Source: an uncultured Chlamydiae bacterium
Lineage (GTDB): Bacteria > Chlamydiota > Chlamydiia > Chlamydiales > JAJFMB01
NCBI GenBank assembly: GCA_963696295.1
Contig: CAVOJR010000001.1
Span: 1,504,001 to 1,568,000, forward strand
Length of the DNA: 64,000 nucleotides
Reading direction: 5' to 3'
Shown here: one piece after another, positions 20,690 to 33,800 of the stretch
How the letters are laid out: each line of letters starts with the position of its first letter
How positions within the stretch are numbered: the first letter of the stretch is position 1
Position numbers and translations under genes: made by a program
Notes under the pieces: generated by a model
What the model saw: the letters and a program-made list of their open reading frames with translations, nothing else
What the model was told of the DNA's origin: nothing
Databases searched by the model: none

Positions 20690-22026
20690 AATGCTTCAGG
20701 GGGAGGGCACCCGCCTTCCCCGATTCCCCATAGCCTGTACTGTCCTAACGCCTGATGATAAAACATCTCGCTTCCATAGATGAGATGGCAGTTTTTCTCA
20801 GCGGCCTTTTCGAGAAAAGGGGTGAGCCTGGGGTAGCTGCGGATATCCATCACAAAAGTGCCCGGTAAAATTCCCTCTAAGGGAAAGTCGGCCGGAGTGC
20901 TATTCACTAAAATATCGCAGGGCTGCAAAGCGTCGATCGCCTGCACGCCAAAATGGCTGGCCAATGTGACGGCTTTTTCTTTGGTGCGATTGAATAGGGA
21001 GACGCGGGCGCCCCGCTTCTTGGCCTCGTAGAGAATCGCCCTGGCCGCGCCGCCAGCGCCGAGGAGGGTCAGACTCTTGCCCTTAACGGGGGTGTGTTGC
21101 TCGATCGCGTCCAGCGCGCCCTTGCCGTCGGTGTTGTAGCCGATGGTCTTTCCCTCTTTAATGACGATGGTATTCACGGCGCCAATCTCTGCAGCCTCTG
21201 GATCGAGGCGGTCGAGGTAGGGGATAATGCTCTCTTTTAACGGCATTGTGACGCTTAAACCGCTGAAGCTAAGGAGGCGCGGCAGAAATTGGGGCAGCTC
21301 GGAGGCCTGGAAGGGCATTTTGACGTAGACAGCGTTTAAGCGCCATTCCCGAAAATTTTGATTGTGGAAGGCGGGGGAGGAGCTATTCGTGAGGGGATCG
21401 CCGATCAGCCCGAAGAGTTTGGTGTCCGGAGTTAAGGAGAGTTTTTTCAGCTCGCTTAAGGGGATTTGGCCGGGCGCGGTCGGCTCCTCCAGACAAGCGT
21501 AAGTGATGGGGCTGCCGTAAAGGGGGCCTAAGATGCGGCTGAAAGAGCCTTTTTCTCCGAGGCAAAAGCCGATGCAATTTTTGTGGGCTTTGACAAATTC
21601 CAGCATGCGCCAGCTGTCGAGCGAGGAGTTGGCCATGGTCGCGATCTTGTAGTAGGCGGCGGGAGTTTTAGTAAGCTTTGTCCAGAGCGCATCCAAGTCG
21701 GGTGTGTGGTCGAACTGGTGGTAAGAGATAATGAGGTTCGGAATCTTTTTAGCGAGGGGAACAGTGGATTCGATGTCGATGTAAGCCGGATTCAGGGCGG
21801 CGAGTTCGAGGAGTTTTTTTTGCCGCTCCTCCTCGCTGCCGCGGAACTTTCCCCCTTCCGCAGGGGAGCGCAAGGTGATAATGCAGGGCTTTTTGAGCAG
21901 AGCGGATATTTTTGGCAAATCGAGGGTGTCGAAATAGTCGAGCCTGAGCTCATAGAGGTCGCTTGCGGCCTCCATCTGCTTGTGGGCCTGTTCGTAGGTA
22001 GGTCCTGTGATGATAGCGCAGAGCAT
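20686..22026 (-). CDS. aroDE: Bifunctional type I 3-dehydroquinate dehydratase / shikimate dehydrogenase
   Basis: ELRLD, IISYH, APGQI; SVTMPLK, GAVNT, NTDG, LGAGGAAR; probable start MLCAII at 22026. Confidence 0.92.
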   Translation of the reverse strand: MLCAIITGPTYEQAHKQMEAASDLYELRLDYFDTLDLPKISALLKKPCIITLRSPAEGGKFRGSEEERQKKLLELAALNPAYIDIESTVPLAKKIPNLIISYHQFDHTPDLDALWTKLTKTPAAYYKIATMANSSLDSWRMLEFVKAHKNCIGFCLGEKGSFSRILGPLYGSPITYACLEEPTAPGQIPLSELKKLSLTPDTKLFGLIGDPLTNSSSPAFHNQNFREWRLNAVYVKMPFQASELPQFLPRLLSFSGLSVTMPLKESIIPYLDRLDPEAAEIGAVNTIVIKEGKTIGYNTDGKGALDAIEQHTPVKGKSLTLLGAGGAARAILYEAKKRGARVSLFNRTKEKAVTLASHFGVQAIDALQPCDILVNSTPADFPLEGILPGTFVMDIRSYPRLTPFLEKAAEKNCHLIYGSEMFYHQALGQYRLWGIGEGGCPPPEAF

Positions 22027-22229
22027 TATTCGGTGGGGGCAGGTTTTTTGGCGTAGTCGGTGATATAGAAGCCGGAGCCCTTGAACTGCAGGCCGATCCC
22101 GCCTCCGGGGCCCCGCTGCAGCGTCTCTTGGCCGCATTGGGGACAAACCTTGAGGGGGTCGGCCGTGATTTTTTGAATCGCCTCCAGCTGATGCTTGCAG
22201 GAGGCGCATTGGTATTCGTAGGTTGGCAT
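22026..22229 (-). CDS. FmdB-family zinc ribbon protein
   Basis: [11 protein letters not shown]...CPQCG...[11 protein letters not shown]; appears fused to groEL in the ORF track only because of a groEL frameshift. Confidence 0.9.
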   Translation of the reverse strand: MPTYEYQCASCKHQLEAIQKITADPLKVCPQCGQETLQRGPGGGIGLQFKGSGFYITDYAKKPAPTE

Positions 22230-22234
22230 GACGT

Positions 22235-23923
<1,689 letters not shown>

Positions 23924-24220
23924 TTAGTTTAGAACGCCGAGGATATCATCTTCAGAGAGAATGAGGCACTCCTCATTGTCATTTTCCGTTTTTACCTCGG
24001 TTCCGGCGTATGAGCTGAAAAGCACACGGTCGCCCACTTTAATGCTCATCGCTTCCAAAACGCCGTTTTCATCCCGTTTGCCCGGGCCGACGGCGATGAC
24101 TTTGCCTTCTTTTGGTTTTTCCTGAGCTGAATCGGGGAGCAAAATCCCGCCTTTAGAAGTTTGAGCTTTTGAGCGGTTGATCAAAACACGTTTTCCTAGA
24201 GGTTTAATTGTCTTCGGCAT
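23924..24220 (-). CDS. groES: Co-chaperonin GroES
   Basis: IKPLGKRVLI, GGILLPDSAQEKP, GDRVLFSSYAGTEVK. Confidence 0.97.
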   Translation of the reverse strand: MPKTIKPLGKRVLINRSKAQTSKGGILLPDSAQEKPKEGKVIAVGPGKRDENGVLEAMSIKVGDRVLFSSYAGTEVKTENDNEECLILSEDDILGVLN

Positions 24221-24252
24221 AGCGGACTCCTATTGGTTAAGAACTAGATGGA

Positions 24253-24281
24253 ATTTTAGGTCCAACCTCTATTTCTGTCAA
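24253..24281 (-). promoter_or_regulatory. Sigma66/70 promoter of groESL
   Basis: Minus strand TTGACA-N17-TAAAAT. Confidence 0.85.
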
Positions 24282-24298
24282 GGGGTAAGCTTAAATTT

Positions 24299-24325
24299 TT
24301 AGCAGGCGGATGGTTTGAGTGCCAA
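24299..24325. promoter_or_regulatory. CIRCE-like HrcA operator upstream of the groE -35
   Basis: TTAGCAGGC-N9-GAGTGCCAA versus consensus TTAGCACTC-N9-GAGTGCTAA. Confidence 0.8.
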
Positions 24326-24400
24326 GTGTGAATTTTGTTGATTTTTATTTATTAAATCTTTATAATAAAACAAACTTTACAAAATGAATAAGGTAATTAA

Positions 24401-24838
24401 ATGAAGATAGAGTCAAATCTAAGTAAATTAATGGTGGCGACCGAGGAGCTGGCAATAGTTACGCTCTGGGGGTTTGGCAACGGTTATTATGTGGCCCTGG
24501 CAACACCTCACTCAAGGAAAGTCAGTCCGGTGATGGTAGGCGTGGCTTTCGCCGTCAACGAAGTTGTAAAGTACGCCCTGAACAAGCTGGTGGAAAACCT
24601 GCAAAGAAATAAACTGACCCCCTCGAGAATCAAATATATCGAGTCGGCGAACAACCTTCTGATCGACGCGGTCTATATCTTTTCAGGCCTCCAAGCCGGG
24701 TATGTCAACCCGGTAGCCGCACTCATTCACGGCGGCAGGGCTTTGGTGAGCTTCAGAAATAATATCTATCTCGCCCGCCTGCAGAGCAAAATCGATTACC
24801 CCTTTACGGCGGTCAACTTTAAGGAGAAAAAAATATGA
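24401..24838 (+). CDS. Hypothetical hydrophobic protein coupled to the giant ORF
   Basis: AAGGT RBS; ATGA overlap with the 2997-aa gene. Confidence 0.65.
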   Translation: MKIESNLSKLMVATEELAIVTLWGFGNGYYVALATPHSRKVSPVMVGVAFAVNEVVKYALNKLVENLQRNKLTPSRIKYIESANNLLIDAVYIFSGLQAGYVNPVAALIHGGRALVSFRNNIYLARLQSKIDYPFTAVNFKEKKI

Positions 24839-27800
24839 CAACGAACCCAGCAGCGGGCTTTCAAGCGGTTGCCCCTATAGTCCAACCCATCGTTGACCAG
24901 TTGATGAAAAAAGCTCCAAAAGAGGCTACTCCTGAGCAAAAAGCCAAAATGGGGAAGTTTTTAGCCAAGGCTTATGAAAACTATCAAAAGAATTCCCCTT
25001 TCTATACCGCCCCCGGCTTTTTGAGATCTTGCGCCGAGACATTTATGAAGCTTTTCCGCGCGATTTTTCGCTTTTCTCCCCCTTTTCCCCTCTCGACAAT
25101 CGAGATACAGTTTGCCATGCAACTTTTTAGAACATGCGATTCGAACCTCGCGGCCAAAGCCGGCTCTGATACCCTGCCTTTTTCCTATATCATCGAAAGC
25201 TGGGCGCATCTCTTAAAAGAGATGGGTCCGAAAAATTCCGGCAGCGAAGCCGCCGCGCTTTTGAAGTGCGCCGATTTCCAGAAGACCATTGAGAGAGCGC
25301 GCGAAAATGCCCATCCTCTGTGGCGAAACGGGATATTGTTTTGGCTGAAATGGGATATCAAAAGCCGCATTGAAAAACTCAAAGAGGGGGAAGTCGTTTA
25401 TATCCCCGGCGGATATCTGGAAAAAGATGCCAATCTCAATCCAAAAGCCATCGAAATGCTTTACGAAGTGCGCAAGAGCGGGACTCAATACACTTTCCAT
25501 CTGGTTCACAACTCCGAAAAAATCGGCATTCCTGCGATGGAAAAGACGGCGGTGTTGAAGAAGGAAAAACTGTTGGAAAAGCTGGGCGATCTGATCGAAG
25601 TTCAAGCGATCACCCATATTGCTGATGACTCCTCAGGGTTTTATAAGTATTGGTGGCGCTTAAGAAATGGACAAAAAGCGGTGACGGCAGTTGCCAGTTT
25701 AGCCAACGTCGCTAAAAGCGATTTAAACGCAGGAAGTACAGCCAATACGGTTGCCAATTTAAAGAATGCTGTCGTTAACATGGCGGACTCCGCCACCTCC
25801 AAGGGGCGTTTGAGCGCAATATTTAAGGAATTTAATGAGCATGCCAGACCCGCGGCTCCTTCCCAGAAGGAAAGAAAGTTCAGCGCCAACAAGTCCGATG
25901 AGAAGATGATGGAGCTTTTTTTCAAATGCAAAGACGAGGAGCAATTCGCCTTAAACAAGATGGGGATGAAGCTCGCCCTCTTTTTCGATTTATTTGACAA
26001 AACTAAAGCCAACATTAAAACCAACGACCAATGGCGCCTCTGGTGCCGCGATACCGGCCTGAACTTAATCGCCAATTTAAAAAGAAAGGCGGGAGATTGC
26101 GACGAACTGAAGGAGATTAAGGCGAAATTAGAGGAGATCGTCAACCTCGTCTCCGACCCCCTCAACGAAAAAAGCGTTTTGCCGCCTGCCCCTAAACAAC
26201 AAAAATCACAGCCGAATATCTTTTCCGATCCGATTATCTGTTCTCAGGAAGATATTTCAATCGCCGACTTTACAAAGATAGCCCCAAAAGCGGCCGGGTC
26301 TTTGAAGCCGCTGGAGAATCCAACTTTTGAGGATTTGATGGCGAGCTGCGCCGCGCTGTCGCAAGAAAAGAAGCTCGATGAACTGCGGCTTCGTCTCAAT
26401 GACGCCTACCTTTGGATTTTCAGCCTGGACAAGAAGAAGGAATGGGACGGATTAGCCATAGCAGAGCGGGAAGATTGGAGCGCGAATATTACACAGCTCG
26501 TCAAATATTCTATCCAGGTCAATCTGGGAAATGATGAGAAAGGACCCTTGCCGCAGCAGATGCTTCAAATGTTCAAAGGCTTTGAAATTTGCCAGCGCTT
26601 AGCCTGGATGAATGACGAGAAAACCAAGTTTAAAGAGTTTCACTTCAACATGGATCCGGTCCGGGACATTCTGAAGGATCCTTATCTGGATTTGGGCAGT
26701 GCGGGCCCCGAACTCATCAGTATCATCGATAAAATCGACGCTTCCCCAGAGAATAAAGTTCTATTGACCTCCCTGGCGCCTGCCGACAAGGAGGAAAAGG
26801 CCTTTTTTGCCCGGCATGAAAAGGATTGTCCGAATGTCAACGGCCTCCACCAGGACTTAGGCGACAATAATCTCCTGCCGCCCAACATCGTGCACTTAAG
26901 GCAGTTGAATCTGCTCCTCATGATGTCTTGCGCGCGCTACCGCACGTTGCACCATTCGGGATTTTGGATCCGCACCAAAGCGGTCGTGAACGGCGGGATC
27001 AACTATTTGATGGAAACCCTGGAGAAAAATCCGAAGCCCTCCTTCAAAATGCTCGGCCTCCATATCAGAATGATCGACGAGGCCTTGCAGCAATCGGCGG
27101 CGCCGGCGACATTTTCTTTCGAAAGGTATCTCTACTGGATGCCCCCCACGCCAAAAATCGATCCGACCGGCGTTCATGCGCATGAATATGATGAGACCGT
27201 TTTCCAGTCGAGTCTGGAAAAAGCGGATACTAAAAAGCGCTTTATCAACACCCAATTTCCATCCGTTTTCAAAGGAACGGCCCAATCGATTCAAACCGAG
27301 GGGATTGAGGAACGGGTTGTCACGGGTATTGTGGCTAACCAGGACGATGACGAGGCGTATGAAGACGGCAAGAAAGCAACGAGGAGTTTAGTAGATATTC
27401 TTTCAAGCCGCGAAGCAATACCACAACGTCGTCTTGATATTGACCGTCTTGTTCTTAATGAAAGTTTTATCTATGAGTACGGCCCGGCGGGGAATAAAAA
27501 AACCGAGATGTCGCTATTGGATGAGCAGTTCCGCTTTCAGGGGCAGCCCTTTGACACAAGCGCCGACTTGCAGCTCATACAGACAGACCCTCTTATTACC
27601 AGAATCCCCAACACTTTGGGCTGCTTTGTACGCAACTCAGGACTTTTAGCCGATCCCAAAACGGGCGGCGAATGGCAGAGGGTGATGTCGCTTAACTTAT
27701 TCCGCAATGGCGCCCTGCACCGTTTCTTGAGTGAGCGGCCGCAATATAAAGAAGCGGTTGCGAACAGCCTGATCTCCATCGCCAAGCAGCTGGAATACAG

Positions 27801-30800
27801 CGGCAGCGTGGAAGGGGTTTTGTTCATGATCCATCTGATCGAGCAGGCGCTGCCGACGGTGGGCAATGAGCCTTTGAACAAGTACTACGGGGAGTTAATC
27901 GGGACTTTAACCAAGTGGCATCAGAAAGCAGACCATGATGCGGGCTATAAATTGTATAAACGGGAAATCCATCAGGCCTATCTGCTCGCTTTCACTTACC
28001 TTTTGAAGGAGAAATTGGAAGATCTTTCCTATGACTTCAGCCAGGATGCGGCAGTTCAGAATAATCTGCAAATGATCCTGCAAAGCCATCTGGTCACAAA
28101 GCAGATTCCTGAGCCGCACGACCGGCGCAATTTGACAGATAACGAGAAGATCAACTACATGATCTACCGCCTGCTGCCCGATTTTTCGAAGGCTCTCGAA
28201 ACGGAGACCAAGCGCAATCAGTGGCTCAATTCGATCGCGAAAGAGCAGGTTAAAGCTGACGTGGAATGGACGCATAAAGCCGGAACGTTTCTCTACTCTT
28301 CCGGGAAATGGACGCTGGATATCGAGAAAGGGCTGCTTTACAACGACGGCGTCGCCAGAAGTCCGATGCCTGCCAGAATCACAACCGATCCCCTCTGCAA
28401 ACAATTCTTTGGCGAGAGGCTGCATGAGATCGTGGATCACTGGGTTGTGGGAAAAAAAGGCAACGAGGGGCATGTCTATGAAGTCATGCGCGGCAAAGAA
28501 AAGTTCCGCATACTGCTCATCGGCGGCGAAAATCCGATCATTTTCAAAAAGACCGCTGAAAAATCGTTCTTCTTCTCGGAGCGCTGGAGCCAGCTTCAGC
28601 TGGTCAGCATGTCCTATTCTAAAGAGGAAAAAGACAAAGGGCTCGTCAGAAACGCGTTGAGCTCGATTTCCCGCCTCTTTAACGATTCCGGCTCGACCAA
28701 CGACGCTATTTTGAAAGAGCTCAACAAAGAGTTTAAAGGGAAAGACGCCCCCTGCGCCCTTTCAGATTACTATTTCTGGGTCGACCAGAATGGCGTAGAT
28801 TTTAGGGTAGAGAATCAAAAAGAAGAGCTGCTGTTCACCGGTAAGGCCGATATCAAGAATAACACCGCTGCGACCTTCAAATGGCCCTACGCGCTGAAGC
28901 GCATGGTGGGAAATGTCGCTTCTGACGTGCTTAATCCCTGGACAGACGCGAGCTTCGACAAATTTGCTGCGATGGACCGCCCGAGCCAGATTTTAGCGAT
29001 GGGCCCGAACAGCAAAGTCGATTACATCAAATATAACCGCTTTGGCCTGGAGTACAAATGGAATGAGGCGGAGCAGCAGTGGCAAAGCCCGATCCATAAG
29101 GGGTATTTCCTTTCGAACAAAAAAGGGGAAGAACTCCTGGAGTTACGCGAGGGAATGAAACCGGGAGATCATAAAAACCCCTCCCTTTTCGCCACTACCT
29201 TCACCAATTACCATATTTTGGAGCATAAAACAAAGCTTCCCAAACTAAACCTGGTCGGAGAGGAGTATCGAAAAGTAAAACCGCAGACCACGCCTGAAAA
29301 CCCCGCGAAAAATATCAAGAAAAAGGTTGAGCCGGTCCGTTCCAACAGCGGTAGCGATATCACAGAGCTCTACACCTTTGATATTGACCCAATCCAGGGC
29401 TTGAAGTCAAAATCGGCTGAAGGGTATTTGTACTTAGCTTACGTGCTGTTCACCCAATCGAAGTATTCCGAGGCGATACACTACTTAAGAAAAGCGCAGG
29501 ACATTCAGCCCAAGATTTCAGAAAACACCGATAAGATTATGGGGTGGTTTGAGAAGTGGGATTCCAAGTCTCCGCGCGCCAGAACCGTTTTGATGCATGT
29601 GCAGATCTTAAAGCTGGAGCAATTAAAAACCCTGCATACAAAACCCCCATTGACAGCTGAGACGCAAAACACATTAAACCGCATTATGTCCACTTATAAG
29701 GAGTACTCCGCCTGGAAGGCTGACGGCAAGATCGATCCGCAGCTTTACATCTCCCCAAAACAGATCGGCGAATTGCTCTATTCGGTGCAGATCGTGCGGG
29801 ATGATCTCAAAACGCAGATCAACAGATTTGGAACGGTGCTCGGAATCACCCAGGAAGGAAAAGTGTTTTTTGATTCTTTGAACGGCTTCCTGGATCTGGT
29901 TTTCAAGGATAATAAAGAAAAGAAGGACGCGCTGACAAGCGAGATCGATGTTTTAAAAAAGCAAATTGAAGAGAATAAAAAGAAGCCAAAGGCTGCCACC
30001 GGAAAAAGGGAGAACGTGGAAATCCCTCTCTTTGAAGGCGCGGAAAAGCTTTTTAAAAAGACTGAAGATAAAGTCGCCAATCCGCTGACGGCGCAAAAAG
30101 AGGACCTGAAAAAAGGCTTTGAGAACTGCGACATCTATACCAAAGAACTGGGCGAAGGGCTGATTGCCGACCTGGACAAGGCGATGCAAAACCAGCAGGA
30201 ATCGGAATCCCAATTTTTGGATGGGGTCAATCTGGATGAGCTTCAAGAGAGCTTAAGCGCAAAAGACAAGGCGCTGGACAAAGAGACGCTCGAAAAGAAA
30301 AGGGGGATTGTCGATAGCCTGTCGATCCCAAAACCGCAAGCCGGAACGCTCGACCAGATCCAGCGCAGCTTAAAAGAGGAAGACGCTTCACGGGAGAAAT
30401 TCTTTGAAGAGGCCCTGTTCGCCTATGGCTCTGGCGATTGGAGCGAACTGATCAACCAGAAGATGGTGCTGCCGGAGCAGATCGCGGCTTTGGAAGCGTC
30501 GATCGAGGACTTTTTGATCGCCTCCACCCTAAAGCAGCAATATGCCCAAGCGCTGATCCTGATGGAAAAGCTGAAAGAAAAAGGTGACGCGGCCGTCAAG
30601 GGGCAGCTCGCCGCACTCTTAAGCACGAAAAGGTATTACGACCCGAAAAAAGACCCTTACAAAAGGGCCTGTCTCATGCTCGAGTACGACTCCAAAATTA
30701 TCGCGCGGAAGAGCCAGATCCAAAACATCCACGACATGCTCCGGAAGGAGAATGTGTTCAAGCACGAGGCGCTGGCCGGCGGAAAAACGACCGTGCTGCG

Positions 30801-33800
30801 GAATATCATCACAAAAATCAAAGCCGACGGGGTCAACCTGTCCGGCGTGATCACCCATGAGCCTTTGATCGAGATGCACCACGCCCTCTATGAAAACACC
30901 GCGACGCATGCCTACGGCGATAAGGCGATCCGTTTCGAATTCAGCCGTAAAGACCCGACTGATGTGATAGCTTTGAAGGCTATCTTGCGAAACCTGCTCA
31001 AAACCGTGGCGACGCATGGCCGGATCGATATGACGAAAAAGGATATCTTGAGCTTCCACCACACCTACCTGATGAAGTTCGAGGCGCTGGCAAAAACAAA
31101 AGGGCAGAGTCTGGTTGACCTGCATACAGAGATCGACCTCATGGCGGAAATCTTTAAGCTGTTCCGCGAAAACTGCCGCATCGGCAGCGACGAGCTCGAC
31201 AAGGTGTGCGATCCGGAGAAAGAACACAACTATGCGACTGGTGCAAAAGGGGAAGTGGACACGACTAAGAAAGAGGCCGCCTTTGAAATGGTCACATGGC
31301 TGCTCAATAATGAGAAGTATAAAGAGATTTTCCGCACGAACACCCAATACCGTCTCACGGAAGTGGAGAGCAATGATCTGCGCAAGTGGCTGGCCGCTCA
31401 AGTCGCTCAAAAGTATTTAAAAATGAATACTGCTGAAGCGATCCACTACTTCACCGGAATTGGAAGCGGAAATGCCGAAAACTTTTACAAGCAGCATATC
31501 GAAAAGAACGGTAACAAAGAAACGCTGAAAGCCTTTCAAAAGTTCTTGAGCGAAGTGGTTGCAGGGCCTATATCCCACCGCGGAGGGGTGACTTACGGCC
31601 GTTCGAAAGACCTGGTGCTCGTCAAGCCCTACGAAGGGAACGGGGAGTGCGCCGAGCACTCCGAGCATGGTACCGAGGAAGAGGTGATCTGGTACACCTG
31701 TCTGAACTATATGGATCAGACGCTGGGCGGCGTCCGCGAAGAGCAGATCGCCCAATTGGTGAATGAGGCCCAAAGCAAAGTTTCCCGTCTGGTCCTGCAA
31801 TCCCATCAGCTCGATCCAAACCACCCGGTCGATTACGATCAGACCCCTGAAGCGATCGACTTTAAAAAAGGTTTCGGCCTGAATTTAAGAGACATCACCC
31901 CATCGGACTACAAAGAGATCGCCGCCTCGATCAACCAGAATCCGGAAAAATTAGTGAAGTTCTTAGAGGAGCGCGTTTTCTCTCAGATGAGTTTAAGACG
32001 GGAAAAAATCGTCGGAAACTCCTCCGACCTCGTCGAGCTTTACCATGAGTTTTACGGCTCTTCGGGAACCTCTAACATCTCGCTCGCTCTGCCGGACAAG
32101 ATTGTGAAAGATCCCGCCCTGATCAAACAGCCCGGTGTGGATGGAGCGATCCTCCTCGCCCTCGTGAAGGACTATAAAGAGGGGGATATCATTGAGCTGA
32201 AAGAGGGGGAAGACCCCACTCAAGAGATTGCTCAGCATTTAGGCTGCAACAACGGTAACGGCCTGATCGACCTCGCGCCGGCCTTCCCGGGCAAGCTCGC
32301 CAAAGAGATCATGGACGACCTCGCCGTGCATATGCCGGACAACCATTTCCGCTTCATGGACAAAGACAACACCGTGCAGCTCTACAACGGCATCACTAAA
32401 ACCACCACCAGTTTAAAAGAGAACCTGGAAGAGGAAAAAGTCACCGGCATCACCACCATTTACGACAAGGGGCACACCCGTGGCACGGACCTGATTATGG
32501 CCAACCACAGCGTCGGCTACGTCACCGTCAGCGCCGACACCAAGTTCTCCGACTTCCTGCAGGCCGTCATGCGTATGCGCAAGCTCGGCAAAGGGCAAAC
32601 CGTGCGCTACCTGATCGACGGCGGCGTCAATAAGCGGATGAATGATCAAAAGACCTTTGGAAATCTGATCGCCATGATGGTGGATAATGAAGCTAAAGGG
32701 TTGAAAAAGCTCCACCTCAAATCGGAAAAGCAGGCGATTAAAGCGATTGGAAAATCGGCTATCTTCGCCCAGCTGCACGGCTTGAAAAAGGAGCAGCGGG
32801 CCGCTGTATGGCAGCAGGTGCGCCCCTTCTTTATCCAGGAGACTCAGGAGAGTTTGAATGCCATGGGGCGTCCGAAGACCCTCGAGGAGACTCCGCAGGT
32901 ATTGAAGGAGCTAGCTCGTGCCGAGCTTGATAAACTCCAAGCCGTTAAGCTTCCGCTAAATCAGGCGCAGCAAGCGCTCGCTAAAAAAGTTTCCGGCGAA
33001 ACCCTGATCAAGGAGATTTATCTCCCCAAGCAGACCTTTAAGGGCAGTTTCGACCAGGAGATGCAGCAGGAAGTGGAAAAGGAACAGGAGCAGGAGCAGG
33101 AACAGGAGCAGGAGCAGGAACAAGAGCAGGAGCAGGTTTTGAGCAAAACCACCGACAAGGGTCTTTCCTGGGAGGACCCCAAAATCAATTCGATTTCCGA
33201 CCTTGTATTGGGTGCTCGCACACATTCTCTAGTAAAATCTGTCCCCTTTTATGACAAAGGCATCTCTTTCACAGAGAACTTTTGTCATCTATATCAAAAT
33301 ATGAAGTTGTGGGGAACAGAAAAATTGGGTGAAAAAATACCTCCCAGGCAGATGCGCCACAGCCGCTTTGTGATGGTTGTCGACAAGAAGACTCATGAAG
33401 TCTCTACCCTACTGGGCACTGCCAAAGATTTCGACCATGTCTTTGAAAATCTGAATAAATCGGATCCAAGCTACGATTTCTATATCTACAACTTAAACCG
33501 GAACGATTTTGATGGAAAGGTTCAGAAGTGGGAAAACTACGACGCCGCCCTGCAAAAGAAGATGGCGCGCGTCATCGTGCAGGTCAAGCTCCTCAATGGC
33601 GAGGTCGATCTCCTGAAACCGGACAACGCCGCCGTTCCTCCCTTGAAGCAGGAGTATGCGGTCTTCAAAGAGTTCCTCACAGAGAAGATCGAAGCCGGCC
33701 TGCTCGATCCAAAGGTCCTCCAGGAGAATTTGAAGAAGTTCCTGGCCAAGATGCGCCCGACGGCCGCCATCGGCTACTCCTCGAGCACCATGGCCAAAGC